Shown: positions 10,331 to 21,989 of the stretch, one piece after another
How positions within the stretch are numbered: position 1 is the stretch's first letter
Layout of the letters: each line of letters starts with the position of its first letter
Assembly: GCA_020536535.1 (NCBI GenBank)
Contig: JAHLWZ010000066.1
Location: 1-35,857, forward strand
Reading direction: 5' to 3'
Length of the DNA: 35,857 nt
Origin: Pelomyxa schiedti
Lineage: Eukaryota > Protista > Evosea
The notes under the pieces: model-generated
Told to the model about the DNA's origin: nothing
Databases searched by the model: none
What the model saw: only the letters and a program-made list of their open reading frames with translations
Position numbers and translations under genes: made by a program

Positions 10331-11281
10331 GTGAAAGGAGTTCCATTGTGCTGACTGTCATTAGTTCCAAAACAAATAATAAAACCCTTCTCACTGTCGA
10401 GCATCAGTTCTCTTAATAAACAATCTCTTGTTGATACCGAGGCATATGGAGNNNNNNNNNNNNNNNNNNNNNNNNNNNNNNNNNNNNNNNNNNNNNNNNN
10501 NNNNNNNNNNNNNNNNNNNNNNNNNNNNNNNNNNNNNNNNNNNNNNNNNNNGTGAAAGGAGTTCCATTGTGCTGACTGTCATTAGTTCCAAAACAAATAA
10601 TAAAACCCTTCTCACTGTCGAGCATCAGTTCTCTTAATAAACAATCTCTTGTTGATACCGAGGCATATGGAGATACTGGCATAGTGGCGAGAGAGACGCC
10701 AGCATGGTGGAATCATGATGGCATTACGGAGATTACCGGCCCCGAAGCGTACATTTCCGACACTGGCAGCATGCATACTACAGCAGGATTAGTGCAGAAA
10801 TGATGGGAACCATGCATACAACATCCGGCAAGCGTTTGTACAAACACAGGAATGCTAGATATGTAGAATCAAAGCTCATAAATCATCCAAAGCTATGTAG
10901 CATTAGTACAACTCTATTTATTCATTTTGGTTGTATTTATTGTTTCATTGGCTTGTATTTGCATTTATTAAGCATAAATTCTATTGGTATTATTGAATTT
11001 CACTCTATGGAAAAGAGACTTTCGAAATAGTCATGGTAAACTTTATTTTGAAGTGAGGAACACGTACCTAATGTTTTGGGTTGCACTCTGTCAGTGCATA
11101 TGGACTACGTATCAATTTCCAGGAGGCACCTGGAAGCATGGGAAATGTGAAAACCCCAGCAAGGAACCAAGGCAAGGAAGCCATAATTTGCATTTGTTCA
11201 CCAAGCATGGAAATTGCTCAGAATTATCGGACCTATTTCTTGAAGGAAAGCTCTCAGGAACTGAGCATACTTGTATTTGCC
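10331..11281 (+). repeat. Dispersed repeat family R1, copy 2 (spans a false gap)
   Basis: Direct near-identical repeat of 1-729; may extend further on both sides. Confidence 0.85.
10452..10551. other. Scaffold gap (100 N) with 121-nt duplicated flanks
   Basis: 10331-10451 repeats exactly at 10552-10672. Confidence 0.95.
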
Positions 11282-11947
11282 AAGATCCTGAAGCTCAGCA
11301 ACAAGAGCACTGTGAGCAATCTAGCACTTGCTCTAGGACCGCCATGAGCAAGAACAATCTGAGGTGGACCAATACATCATTTCCAAGCATTTGTAAAAGC
11401 TCTGGATACGGCAGCTTTCACACAAGCCTGTAATCAGTAGCAACTCTACTCTGGCCGCCATAGCATTTTCTGCACATCATCATGGTCTGATATACTGGAA
11501 ACTCCATCTGGTACTCGGAAGGCATCCAAGTCATTTGGCACTCAAGCAAGGAAATTTTGCTATACCTGACACGGAGGGAATAAGGGATTTTTAAAAAGGA
11601 ACAACAAAAAGAGCAGATTACTGAGAACCTCCAATCTCTGGCGCCACTCAAGAGTAGGTTAGTTGTTTGAGACTGCTCAGCAGTCCATTGGATATCTCGC
11701 CGACGGATTTGACGGGTGTGAAAAAACGGAAATTGTCGGCGACCCCCACCTCCTTGACCCCACATGCCACATACACAAATGCACCCTGTGACATCACCTG
11801 CACGCTTCGCCTCTGCACACTCACAAAGAAAAACAATAAAAAAAAATAAACATCGAAAAGTGCCGTCTTTTACAACCCCGAGGATCGTTTCCCGGAAAAC
11901 CTGTTTCATCCGAAATCAAAACACCCATTTTTTTTCCTTTCGTCACA

Positions 11948-14595
11948 ATGTCGCAGCACTACGGCGGCGCAGTGACTATGCAGCCCTCGTCGCAATCACC
12001 GCCTCCCATAATCGGGCAACAGGCAGCTTCCCCTCCCCCGACTACGTCCTCCACGCAGATGCTTCAGCAGCAACAGCAACAGCAGCCGCAGCCCCAACAA
12101 CTGAAGCAGGACCAACAACAAGGCGGCATGCAGTCGGCCATCGCCGCCCAGGCGTCGAAGCTCTCCCGCCTGCTGTCGCGCAGCTCCGACGACCTCCTCG
12201 CGAGCGTCAAGGTGCGGCTGTCCTCGTCCTCCACGCCCCAGTCCTCTTCCCTCGCGTCGCCCTACGACGACCCCTCGGCGTGCCCCATAATCGGCTCCCC
12301 GCGACAGGCCTCATCGCCGCCGTCCGTGGACTCGCCCAACGCCGTCTCCACCGCGAATCAGCAGGCGCCCTCGCCCTCGCCGTCGCCGTCGCAGCCGCAG
12401 CCGCAGCAACAACAGCAGCAGCAGCCCCCACACTCGCCGTCGCAGTCTCCCGTTCTCAACTTCACGTCGCCGCCGTTGGGACCCTCAGGCGACGACAAGC
12501 CTCAGCTCGTGAGGTGGGCACTGTCTCGATTCGGCGGCAGCTCCAGCTCGTCGTCGTCGTCGTCGCCCGCCGCTTCTTCTCCATCTGCAATGGACATGCC
12601 GTCGTTAGGCGAAACGTCGGTTGTTGGCGGATCCGGCGACGCTTCAATCGTTGGGACTTCACCCCAGCAAGGGGCCATGTTCTACTCCCAATCATCATCG
12701 TCGTCGTCTTCTGTGAGTAATGGGGGTAGTACTGATGAGACCCCGGCACTGGTGAAGTGGGCTCTGTCCAGTGTGAAGGGCAGGTTCTCTGGAAGTGCAT
12801 CACCCACGCCGTACCCGCCTCCAACTGAGGACCTTGTTGCGGACTTGATTCTGAACAATGATGATTCTGTCTCCACTTCTGCAACTGCTTCTGCTGCTCC
12901 GGGTGGTGGAGTGGTCGTGCCAACGAGGGGATCGCCGCCTGTTACTGCCCCGGCGCAGGATGACAACTCGCTGGTGAAGTGGGCCACTGGGCTGTTGAGT
13001 AGCAGTCAGAAGGGTGATGATAAAGCTACGGAGGAAGAAGCTTATCTGGCACAGCTGGAGGCAGCAATGGCGAAAGGGGGTACGATAAAACAGGTTGGCA
13101 TTCTGTTGAGTTGTACAAGCTTGACCTTCACGTAAAGCATTAACTGGTTTACACCTCAGTTAACAGGTCCTCCACCACTCCCTGCTGACAAATCCAAGTT
13201 CCGCGTTCTGGCACTTGATGGAGGAGGAGTGAGATGCATCATGGAATGTGTCATTCTATCACGGATAGTTCAAGTATTCTCTGCCTGTTCATAATGTCAC
13301 ACCCACTGTAATTCCCTATGTGTGGTTCATCCATCCGCTTGGTTAGATGTTCCCCAACTTTTTTGATAGCATTGATTGTATTGCCGCCGTGTCAGGAGCA
13401 ACTCCAATAGCGGGCTGTATTTCTTTGGGGTACCCCATTGAAGTCCCAGCCAAGCTTATGGAACTATCTGCAATAAAAACACTCTCAAAGGGTGCTGGAA
13501 ATGGCCTCACGAGCCCAAAGTACACATCCATAATACCAAAAATAAATATAAATTGGAAAATAACTTTTTTTTTCCCCAAGGTACAATGAAAAGTGGCTGA
13601 AAATTACATCTGATAACACCTTCCCGAATGTTATAATGAGGGAACTGCCAAAGCGAGTTGTAATCCCTTCCTATAGGATTGACTTTCCCCCTGCGGCATC
13701 CACTACTACTACTACATCCTCTTCAGCTCCACCACCTTCACCAACGCCACCTCTGCCACCAGCCTCTCCAATTCTCTCTCCCCGGTCAGTGAAACATCCT
13801 CTTCTCAATGAAAATCACAACTCTACTGCCCCACAAGAAGAAGCACACTGGCTTTCCTTCAATCTCCAACTTCCTTGGGCATCCCATGCTGCACCTCAAG
13901 TCACGTTTGACAATGCAGCTGTGCCTGAACTGTATAACAACTTGAAACCTGGAAATTTTGGTGAGGACGAATACTTATCAAATGTGGTTATGCGCTCTGC
14001 TGCTGCACCCGGATACTTTTCTTCCTTTCAAGGCTGTGTTGATGGTGGCGTTTTTGCATCAAACCCAGCCGTATGTATTCTATTCTCAGAGATTTCACCT
14101 TTTCAAGTCCACTGATATTGTACAGTTTGCAGCTTTACCTTTGATTATCGGAACAAATCCACAAGCACTTGGATTTTCTCCGTCTCAGGTTGTTCTGCTC
14201 TCGTTAGGGTATTTTTATTCTCCCTGAATTTCATTTGTTAGTCCCTTAAGTAGAACACAGGACAGGGAGAACCTCAAAGTCCTACTTTGACCCTTCGTTC
14301 AAGGATGGAGGTCTTTTTTTTTCTCCGCACCTGTTTCACGTCACCTAAAATCCACCGAACTTAAGGAGTGATAAAATGGGGACCACGCGTTGTTGACCTC
14401 TTCCAATCTGGTGCGGAAGGCCTTTGCGAGTGGGCGTGTCAGATGACACTGTCGGATCGATACCACCGCGTGTCTCCCATCCTCAGCAGTGACATAAAGC
14501 TGGACGAGTTCCAGCACTTTGCTGAGCTCAAGTCGATGGCGACAGCTGAAGATCTAAGTGCTACGTTCGCGTGGCTCGAAAGGTACTGGTTCTGA
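11948..14595 (+). CDS. Patatin-like phospholipase with long S/P/Q-rich N-terminal extension; about 7 exons
   Basis: FRVLALDGGGVR oxyanion motif (about 13199-13234), IAAVSGAT elbow, RSAAAPGYF, VDGGVFASNP, LLSLG|TG, YHRVSP; GT-AG introns from 13094 onward; TGA at 14593-14595. Confidence 0.92.
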
Positions 14596-14855
14596 AGATC
14601 CCAGGTTTTTTATCAAATTGTGAGTGTGAAGACTGTGCCGGCAAATCCCTTCTTGCGAGGGAAGTAAAACAAAAAAAAAAAACTCAACACTGAGAACAAG
14701 GCATTACTTTTTTTTTTTTCGGCATGTGTTGTTGGCATCACTTCCCTGCTCGATCTCGTCGTGATCACGGAATTTTCCAAATCTGAAGATCATAAAAACA
14801 CATAAAATAACGAGGGGAGAGGTGTTGGTACTTGGTGTTACTACGACTGCGGGAA

Positions 14856-16191
14856 ATGGCGCGAAATGAAGAGAAGGCCAACTCGATGCTGAACCGATGG
14901 GTCACGATGAAGCAGGAGGAGCGTGTCGGCTCGCTCCGTCGGCGGCCTGCGATCGCGGCGGAGGCAACCAAGTTGCACGAGGCGGAGAGGTGGCGGCACC
15001 AAATACTCCGCGAGATATCTCAGAAAGTCGGAGAGATCCACAACTGTACGTGGGTTTTTTCTTTCTTTCTTTCTTTTTCTTTTTCTTTTTCTGTTCGTGC
15101 TCTCACGCCACTGTGTTTCATTTGTTTGTATTTTTACCATTTTTCATTGATAGAGTGCTGATGTCGCTCGCACCTCCCTTTTTCGTGCCTTTGTTCTCCT
15201 CCACCAACATCTTTTTGTGTTTATGCACTCTTGCAGCCTCCCTCGGAGAGCACAGAATCCGCGAGTTGAATGATGAAATCAACAGACTGTTTAGAGAAAA
15301 ATTCCACTGGGAAAGAAGAATTGTGGAGCTTGGCGGCGCTAACTATGTACCTTCTCCAGTTTACAGTTTGGTTTATTACTCAGCAATCTCATAGAGCAGA
15401 GCACCTCGAATTATGGATTCACTGGGACGAGAAATCATTGGTCCTGGCGGTTACAAGTAATTCTTTCTATTACTGAGAAGACCATTCAAGTCTATGTCCA
15501 GATATTTCGGTGAAGCCCGCAATTTACCGGGTGTAAAAGAATTGCTCGAACCTCCTGGTATGTTTCTTCTTTGCGCCATTTTCCAGCAAAACTTCTTTGC
15601 ACTAATTTCCCACAGAGGCTGTTGAAATTGCACACAAGTCAAAAGGGGAAGTGACCAAAAACATTGATCCTGATTATTATGGGTTCCGGGATGACGAGGA
15701 TGGTTTACTTGCTAAAATGGAGGAAGTTGCAGAACAAAGACGTGTGGAAGAGACACAATATAACGTTCACCTAATTGCCACTCAGTTATTGATGAATATG
15801 TTCATAACTGGAAAGAGGCACGGGCAGAAAAACTGAGGGTGCAGGAGCAGCTGGGCATAACAATGAAAGAGGAAGATGATGGAGTAGGTGATGACATGCG
15901 AGATGTTGTGGTACACTTCTTCCGAGTCTAATAATCTGTAATGACAAATACAAGGAACAACTAGAAAGTCAGTTTACTGCTCACGTTCCTGTTCCTGATA
16001 AAAAGGATGTGGAAAAGGCTCTCCTTGATCAACGCAAGAAGGTACTTTGCGTGCTGTCTTCTTTTTATTGAATACCAACCATCAACAACAAAAAGGAACT
16101 CTTAGCAAAGTATCTCAGTGAAGACCTTGTTGAGGACCTTACTGTATCCGAGCAACAAGTGCGAGCTGTAACTGGGCGGCAAATGTCCTAG
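14856..16191 (+). CDS. ISY1: Pre-mRNA-splicing factor ISY1; 8 exons
   Basis: MARNEEKANSMLNRW, AERWRHQILREISQKV, EHRIRELNDEINRLFREKFHWERRIVELGGANY, GYKYFGEARNLPGVKEL, IDPDYYGFRDDEDG, FTAHVPVP; seven GT-AG introns; TAG at 16189-16191. Confidence 0.96.
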
Positions 16192-16538
16192 ACCCACAGA
16201 GTCCCTTCACACCATTGTAGTTTTGGATCCCAATATGAGGCATACTCTCACAACACTTCTTTGCACTGTGCAGTGAACCAGAAAAAAAAAAAGTTCATTT
16301 CTTCTCATTTGCAGTGCTTTTCGCCCTTGTGCCAATTGTCCGATTGACAATGCACAGTCCTCCACTCGAAAATGAACAGCACAGCAGCACGGAAGTCCAC
16401 GATGAAAAGATGGACAAACAACAAAAGTCAGTACCCATTTTAAGTGAAAGGCTTCCTTTTACGGAAAAAGCGCGCAAATACAAAAGCACAAACAAAGCAA
16501 AAACAAAAAAAAGTTCGAACGAAAAACCAAAAAACACA

Positions 16539-19500
16539 ATGACCACGCCCCCCACCGCCGATCGTCAGCAGCACCAACAACAGCCACAACGACACGCAGC
16601 GGCCTCGTCGCCCACTCCCTCAGCCGCAAGCGACGAAACCTCGACGGCGGCAGCCCAACCAACAACCACAACAGCGGCATCGAGCCCCACGCGGTCCTCG
16701 TCCTCGTCATCGACTTCGGCTTCGACGAATACGTCCTCGCGACGCACGACCACGAGGACCCACCGGCACCGGCAGCAGCACGAGGAGGGCGCCGACGCGC
16801 TCTCGTCCTCGCCGCCGTCGGCGTCGCCCTCGACGTCGCCCTCGCAGCAACAGCACCACCACCATCACCACAGCACGAGCAGCACCGCGTCGGCGTCGGC
16901 GGCGTCTCCGCCCAGCCCCGCCGCGAACCAGCACCACCACAGCGTGAGCAGCGGAGGAGGAGGAGGCGGCGGCGGGCACCACCACGGCAGCGGGCACCAC
17001 AGGTCGTCGAGGACGCCGTCGCCCACGCCGCCGACGCAGCGCGCCTCGGCGTCGGCGTCGCCCTCGCCGTGCTCGTCGTCTTCGCCGTCGCCGTCCCCGT
17101 CGTCTTCTTCGTATTCGTCGTCGTCGTCCACCACGCCCATAATCTCGCCGTGGGGGCTGACCAACGTGGTGTGCACCACGCCGAGCTCGCCGTCCATGTC
17201 GGCCAACAGCAGGCACTCGCCGGTGGGCATCGGCATGTGCCTGAGCAGCGGGGGCAGCACCGGCAGCATCACGAGCACGAGCAGCAGCGGGAGCACCGGC
17301 GGCGGCGGCGGCGGGGGAGGCCACCACGGGGGAGGCGGAGGAGGAGGAGGAGGAGGCGGCGGCGGCAGCGGGCACCACGGGCACCACCACAGCCACAGCG
17401 CGAGTGAAGAGAAGTCGCCGCGCTCCAGGACCAGGGACTCGCCGCGGGACTTGCCCCTGCCCGCCAGGGGCTGCGGGATATTCTACCGGACGGCGCCGGA
17501 AGCACCGGGAGCGGGCGGGGGAGGTGGAGGTGGAGGTGGAGGTGGAGGTGGAGGTGGAGGTGGAGGTGGAGGTGGAGGTGGAGGTGGAGGTGGAGGTGGA
17601 AGTGGAGGAGGAGGAGGAGGGGGGCAGGTTCATGGGACGGTGGGAGGGAGCGGCGGGGGTTTTGTGTTTATGGGATTGCAGGCTTGTTTTGTTACGGTGA
17701 ATTTGTGTGGTGCATTTGCGCGGGTCTACTTGAGACAAATATTCGACACATCTCGCTTGGTGGATTCCGACGAAACTATATCATACGAGTTGATAACCTT
17801 TTGCTTTTCTTGGATCTTATTTTCTTTTATCTGCTTTGCTTCGTTTATGCTCCCACCTTTTGTGTTGTGCTATTATTCATTTGCAAAGGAATTGAATTCC
17901 ACTAACTTAATTGCCTACCAAAAAGGTATAATTTCGCACCTTCGGCACATTGTGATGTTATAGAGGATATAAAAGTTTGTATATCAGATCAAACACGCTT
18001 TTCGTATGGTGACTTATCTCCTTGCTTTACTTTTTTGATTCCAACTTACATTCAGCGGGAAGTGAACACATACCCACCAGACCAGGGTACATGAGACTCG
18101 GACGAATTTCCCGCGGTAATAATGCTGAAGCACATGTTGTTTATCTCGTCCATCTCAAGTGCCACAGTGCCTTCCCATTCCTTTCTCGAATCATTCTAAC
18201 TTTTTTTCTTAGCCCTGAATATAAGAAAATTCACATTACCAGTCGATATCGCTCCTTTATCACTATTTAACCATGCGGCATCTCCTCAAGCACCAGGAAG
18301 AACACACACAACATCTTCTGACAATACCACACCTTCAAAGGGACTTTCTGTAAATCTTCGCATTGCTCTAGAATGGCTAAAAACTTTACCCACCAAACCC
18401 GTTCCACCTACTGTACAGTGCACCTCCCATGAACTTAACCTTGCCACTCACCTCACTTCATCTGAGGCCACATTTCACACTTCAGAGGTGATGACCTGAC
18501 CTTCATGGAATGTTTTTACCCTTTTGTAGGTATTAACAGGATTGATGCATAATATGGTATTTGCAATAAGTGATGATTTATCCAGCACAAATCCACGTGG
18601 ATGGTTTGAAGTGTTTCCCACAAACCCCAACATCGTACTGTCTCCACCTCACTTCTTTTTTCCAACACCATTGCAGGGTGATTCCCAAGATCCTATTGCT
18701 TCCCTTCAACAAACCTACACTTGGTCTTGCATGTTCCAATTCACTGCACCACGAGCCTGCACTCCAAAAGGAAGTGGGTTGACTATAGTATTAGACCTGT
18801 AAGCTATTCTAATATTTGATACAAACTTACTGTTGGTTGGCAGGCAACATGACAGTAACCAAGTAAGATTATGTAAAGCACTGAAAAGCAGAATTACTCA
18901 AGTTCCCGAATACATGACTTTCAACACACTAGCCTATACACCCACACTCTCTAGTGCGTTTAGTTCAGGTTTGCCTCGGAGGTATTTAGAGCTTTCTTAT
19001 CAGTCTCCCACTTAACACTCAACTAGCAACGAAAACATTGAGCAATTTGTACAGTTTTTATCTTCTATTACTATTCCCGAAAAGGGTACTATTTCTGCTG
19101 TACAACAACAAATTCAAAGCACAAAGGTTGTGATCTACTCACACCTCTGAGGGCTGAACTTTCTCACACCACCACGGCAAGGCAGCTTTTAATTTTCACA
19201 GACACTCTCACTGAAGAGCATCTTGGCTCAATCTTCCTCCTTTGTGGAGAATTGGGTATTTTTCCACTTGTAAATTGCGGGAATGGTCTAAGTTTTCATT
19301 TCAGAGACAAGGGTCATTGCTTTTTTGGTGAGTGAGGAAAAACCGCAATTATCATGTGGGCTACGGCACACTATGAAGAGCCAAGGAAATCTTACATATT
19401 GCATAAGCAGTTCATGTTCTACCCACAACCTGAAAAAAGCTATTGACGGTGCTTTCTTAAGGTATAATCACCCTATTTCTCATTATTTTGATGTTGAACA

Positions 19501-21923
19501 GAGTATCTGATCCAGTTTGCGTTGATGCATATCTTGATTGGGGCTCCACTGCAGTGACCATGGTTAGTCTTCACCCATTCCCTCCTTGTCTCACTGTAAT
19601 TTGTAAGATACCAAAGTCACTGCCACCCCTATTCTCAAGCTCTGTTTACACTATTGTGGGTTATTCCTCTAAACACACGCCGACTCGTCGGCCTATTGTG
19701 CGACTTGGTTGCCGTTCTTTTTCAGATAATACTGACGCCTGGCTCTATTCTCTTCCATTTTCTGGTGTTACTGTTCTGACTGCTAAAGCATTTTTGTGGC
19801 TTTCCTTGTTGTCGTTAGTAGTACTCACTATTCTTCAGAAAGCAGTCACTTCCAGCAAATTGTTGCCTTTCCCTGAAATTCGCTTCCATAGAAATTTCTA
19901 CACGTGCACATCCTGTTACATCCACTTCTCCAATTGTGTATGTTTACAACCTTTTTTTAATGTATGTAAACAAATTTCACAGCCCTGGCATTGGCAAGGG
20001 ATTGACGAGATCGAACAACTTAGTAACGTTGGTTTACTCTCTGATAATTAATTACAATTAAATGAAGATAATTGCCATCCTAACATTACTTTCAACAGTG
20101 CCGGTGGTCGAATTGGCCGTTCAGTGAGTGCTGCCAACCCACTTTCCACAGAGTCTATATCTCACTTGGCTGGACCTGTTAATACTTGTCAAATACATCC
20201 AGAGACTGCTTCACATCCTGGCTCGATAGTACATTCGCATTCCCTAGTAACTTCAGTGGTTCATGCTAAACCGCTGTCAGTTTCTGATTCCTCGTCCTCA
20301 TCACCACCAAATTCACTCTCACAATCACCAAACTCTCCAATGAGTCTTCGGACACAGGTTCGAGAGATTCTTTTCCCCTGGTGCTCACTTTTTTTCCAAA
20401 GGCTTCTAGACGCAAATCTGTGCATGGCTTATTTGAAATTGTTCCTGAAACATTTGCATACACTTTGCAAATGAGCTTACTTGAAGCATACCCAATGGCA
20501 CTCCACTTTGCTATACAAGTGAGCAGCTCCTTATACTAAATTGTAATCACAATCGTAGCGGATTGAAGAGCTCCGAAGAACGGACGCACTTTCCGCTTGT
20601 GATATGGAGCTAGCGCGGTCTTGTGCCCAGGAGGTGATCTTTGGGTCACGCTTTGAGGAATGTTTGAACCGAGGTTATCATGTGGAACCTCACTGTGCAG
20701 TCAACTGTGTTCAAGTAAGGGAACATGTTGTAGCTTTTCTGGAGCAGAAAGGCTTACCAGAGATTGTAAAAGTACCTACTCTAGAAGCATACGCCGCATC
20801 AAAACAAGTATGAGCTTCTCCCTCCAATAATTGCATTTAATCTGTTCTAGGGTCCAAGACCATCTATGGAGGATTATTACATTATACTCCCCTATGTAAA
20901 CCATCTTTACAACTTGAAACAGGGACATCCTCCTCAAGTATTTTTTTCCTTCACACTTTCAGTTAGAAAATGTCTCATTTCATTCTTTATATTGAGAAGT
21001 CTTTTTATGCCATATTCGACGGACATGGAGGGCAATTTGCAGCTCAATACAGTAGAATAAATCTGCATCACCTAATTTACTCAGACCCTTTGTTTTATTC
21101 CGATATTGAGGTTTCTTTGAGAATTCCTTGAAGTCGTACAAAAATAACAACAAGTATTCAACCTAACAGCAAGCTATTACAAATGCGTACCTCAAAACTG
21201 ATCGGACATTCAATTTGTATGCACCTGCGAGAAAATTAGATGTTGGTTGCACAGCAGTCACTGCCATGATTACAGCTCCAGATAAACTTCTCGTTGCCAA
21301 CGTTGGTGACTCAGAAGCGGTGTTGTGCCGTGCAGGTTAAATTCTCTCAACAAATAGTCAATGCTAAATACTCAATACCTATAATGTTCAATTCTAATGT
21401 AGCTGGTAGGTATGGCAGTTCGCCTCACAACATTGCACAACCCCAACTCCAAAACCGAGAAAGCTAGAGTCATCGACAGCGGGGGGTGTTTCATACACTG
21501 GGGAACATGGCGTGTAAATGGAAGATTAGCTGTAACCAGGTCTATTGGCGATGTCGAAAACGAGCAGGTTTTTGTCTCTATAAGAACCAAACAAAGCACC
21601 AAACAGCCTTTTAATATCTTAATAGGTGATTGCAGACCCGGCAATCAATCAGTGTACACTAACACCTGAAGACGAATTCTTAGTTTTGGCTTCAGATGGT
21701 TTGTTTGATGTAATCCCTCACCAAGAAGTTGTTGGTATTTTTCCCCCATTAGTTCTGAGTACTTCTAATCCTCACCCAAAAAGATATTATCAGAGACTTA
21801 CTAGAAAAAAATGTCGACACCAGGGAAATACCAGGGAGATTAGTGGATGCTGCTATAGAAAAAAAAACAAAGGACAACACTACAGTTTTGATTATATTTC
21901 TTAAAAGAACAGTAAATATGTAA
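16539..21923 (+). CDS. VIT-vWA-PP2C fusion protein (PPM1E/F-like phosphatase domain) with poly-S/G/H N-terminus; many exons
   Basis: VIT-like FVTVNLCGAFARVYLRQIF...YNFAP...LGRISRGNNAEAHVVYLVHL; vWA-like LTIVLD, FNTLAY, LLIFTD, RVIAFLV; PP2C motifs RPSMED, FYAIFDGHGG, GCTAV, VANVGDSEAVL, WRVNGRLAVTRSIGD, LVLASDGLFD, KDNTT; TAA at 21921-21923. Linker exons can be joined in frame with GT-AG introns. Confidence 0.8.
17520..17597 (+). repeat. (GGAGGT)13 coding microsatellite (poly-Gly)
   Basis: 13 perfect hexamer units inside the first exon of the VIT-vWA-PP2C gene. Confidence 0.95.
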
Positions 21924-21989
21924 CACTTTTACTTCTTTATTTTACACAGTTCTTCTTTGTGTGGTTTTGTTGTTTAGTTTGAAGGAAGG

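Noticed and set aside
10331-10672. Biological tandem duplications around the gaps (also 5097-5438)
   Set aside because: Identical 121-nt length at both gaps indicates assembly overlap.
11010-11120. Chromodomain-like reading (RDFRNSHGKLYFEV...W) in R1
   Set aside because: Frame is broken in copy 1 and part of the segment looks like an intron; similarity too weak.
1-11281. R1 direct repeats as the two LTRs of a 10-kb retrotransposon
   Set aside because: No gag/pol between them, no clear TG..CA ends, PBS or PPT, and the shared start coincides with a contig boundary.
16707-17738. 343-aa Arg/Ala-rich minus-strand ORF and other overlapping long ORFs (e.g. 11764-12720)
   Set aside because: Shadow frames of GC-rich low-complexity exons of the real plus-strand genes; no independent motifs.
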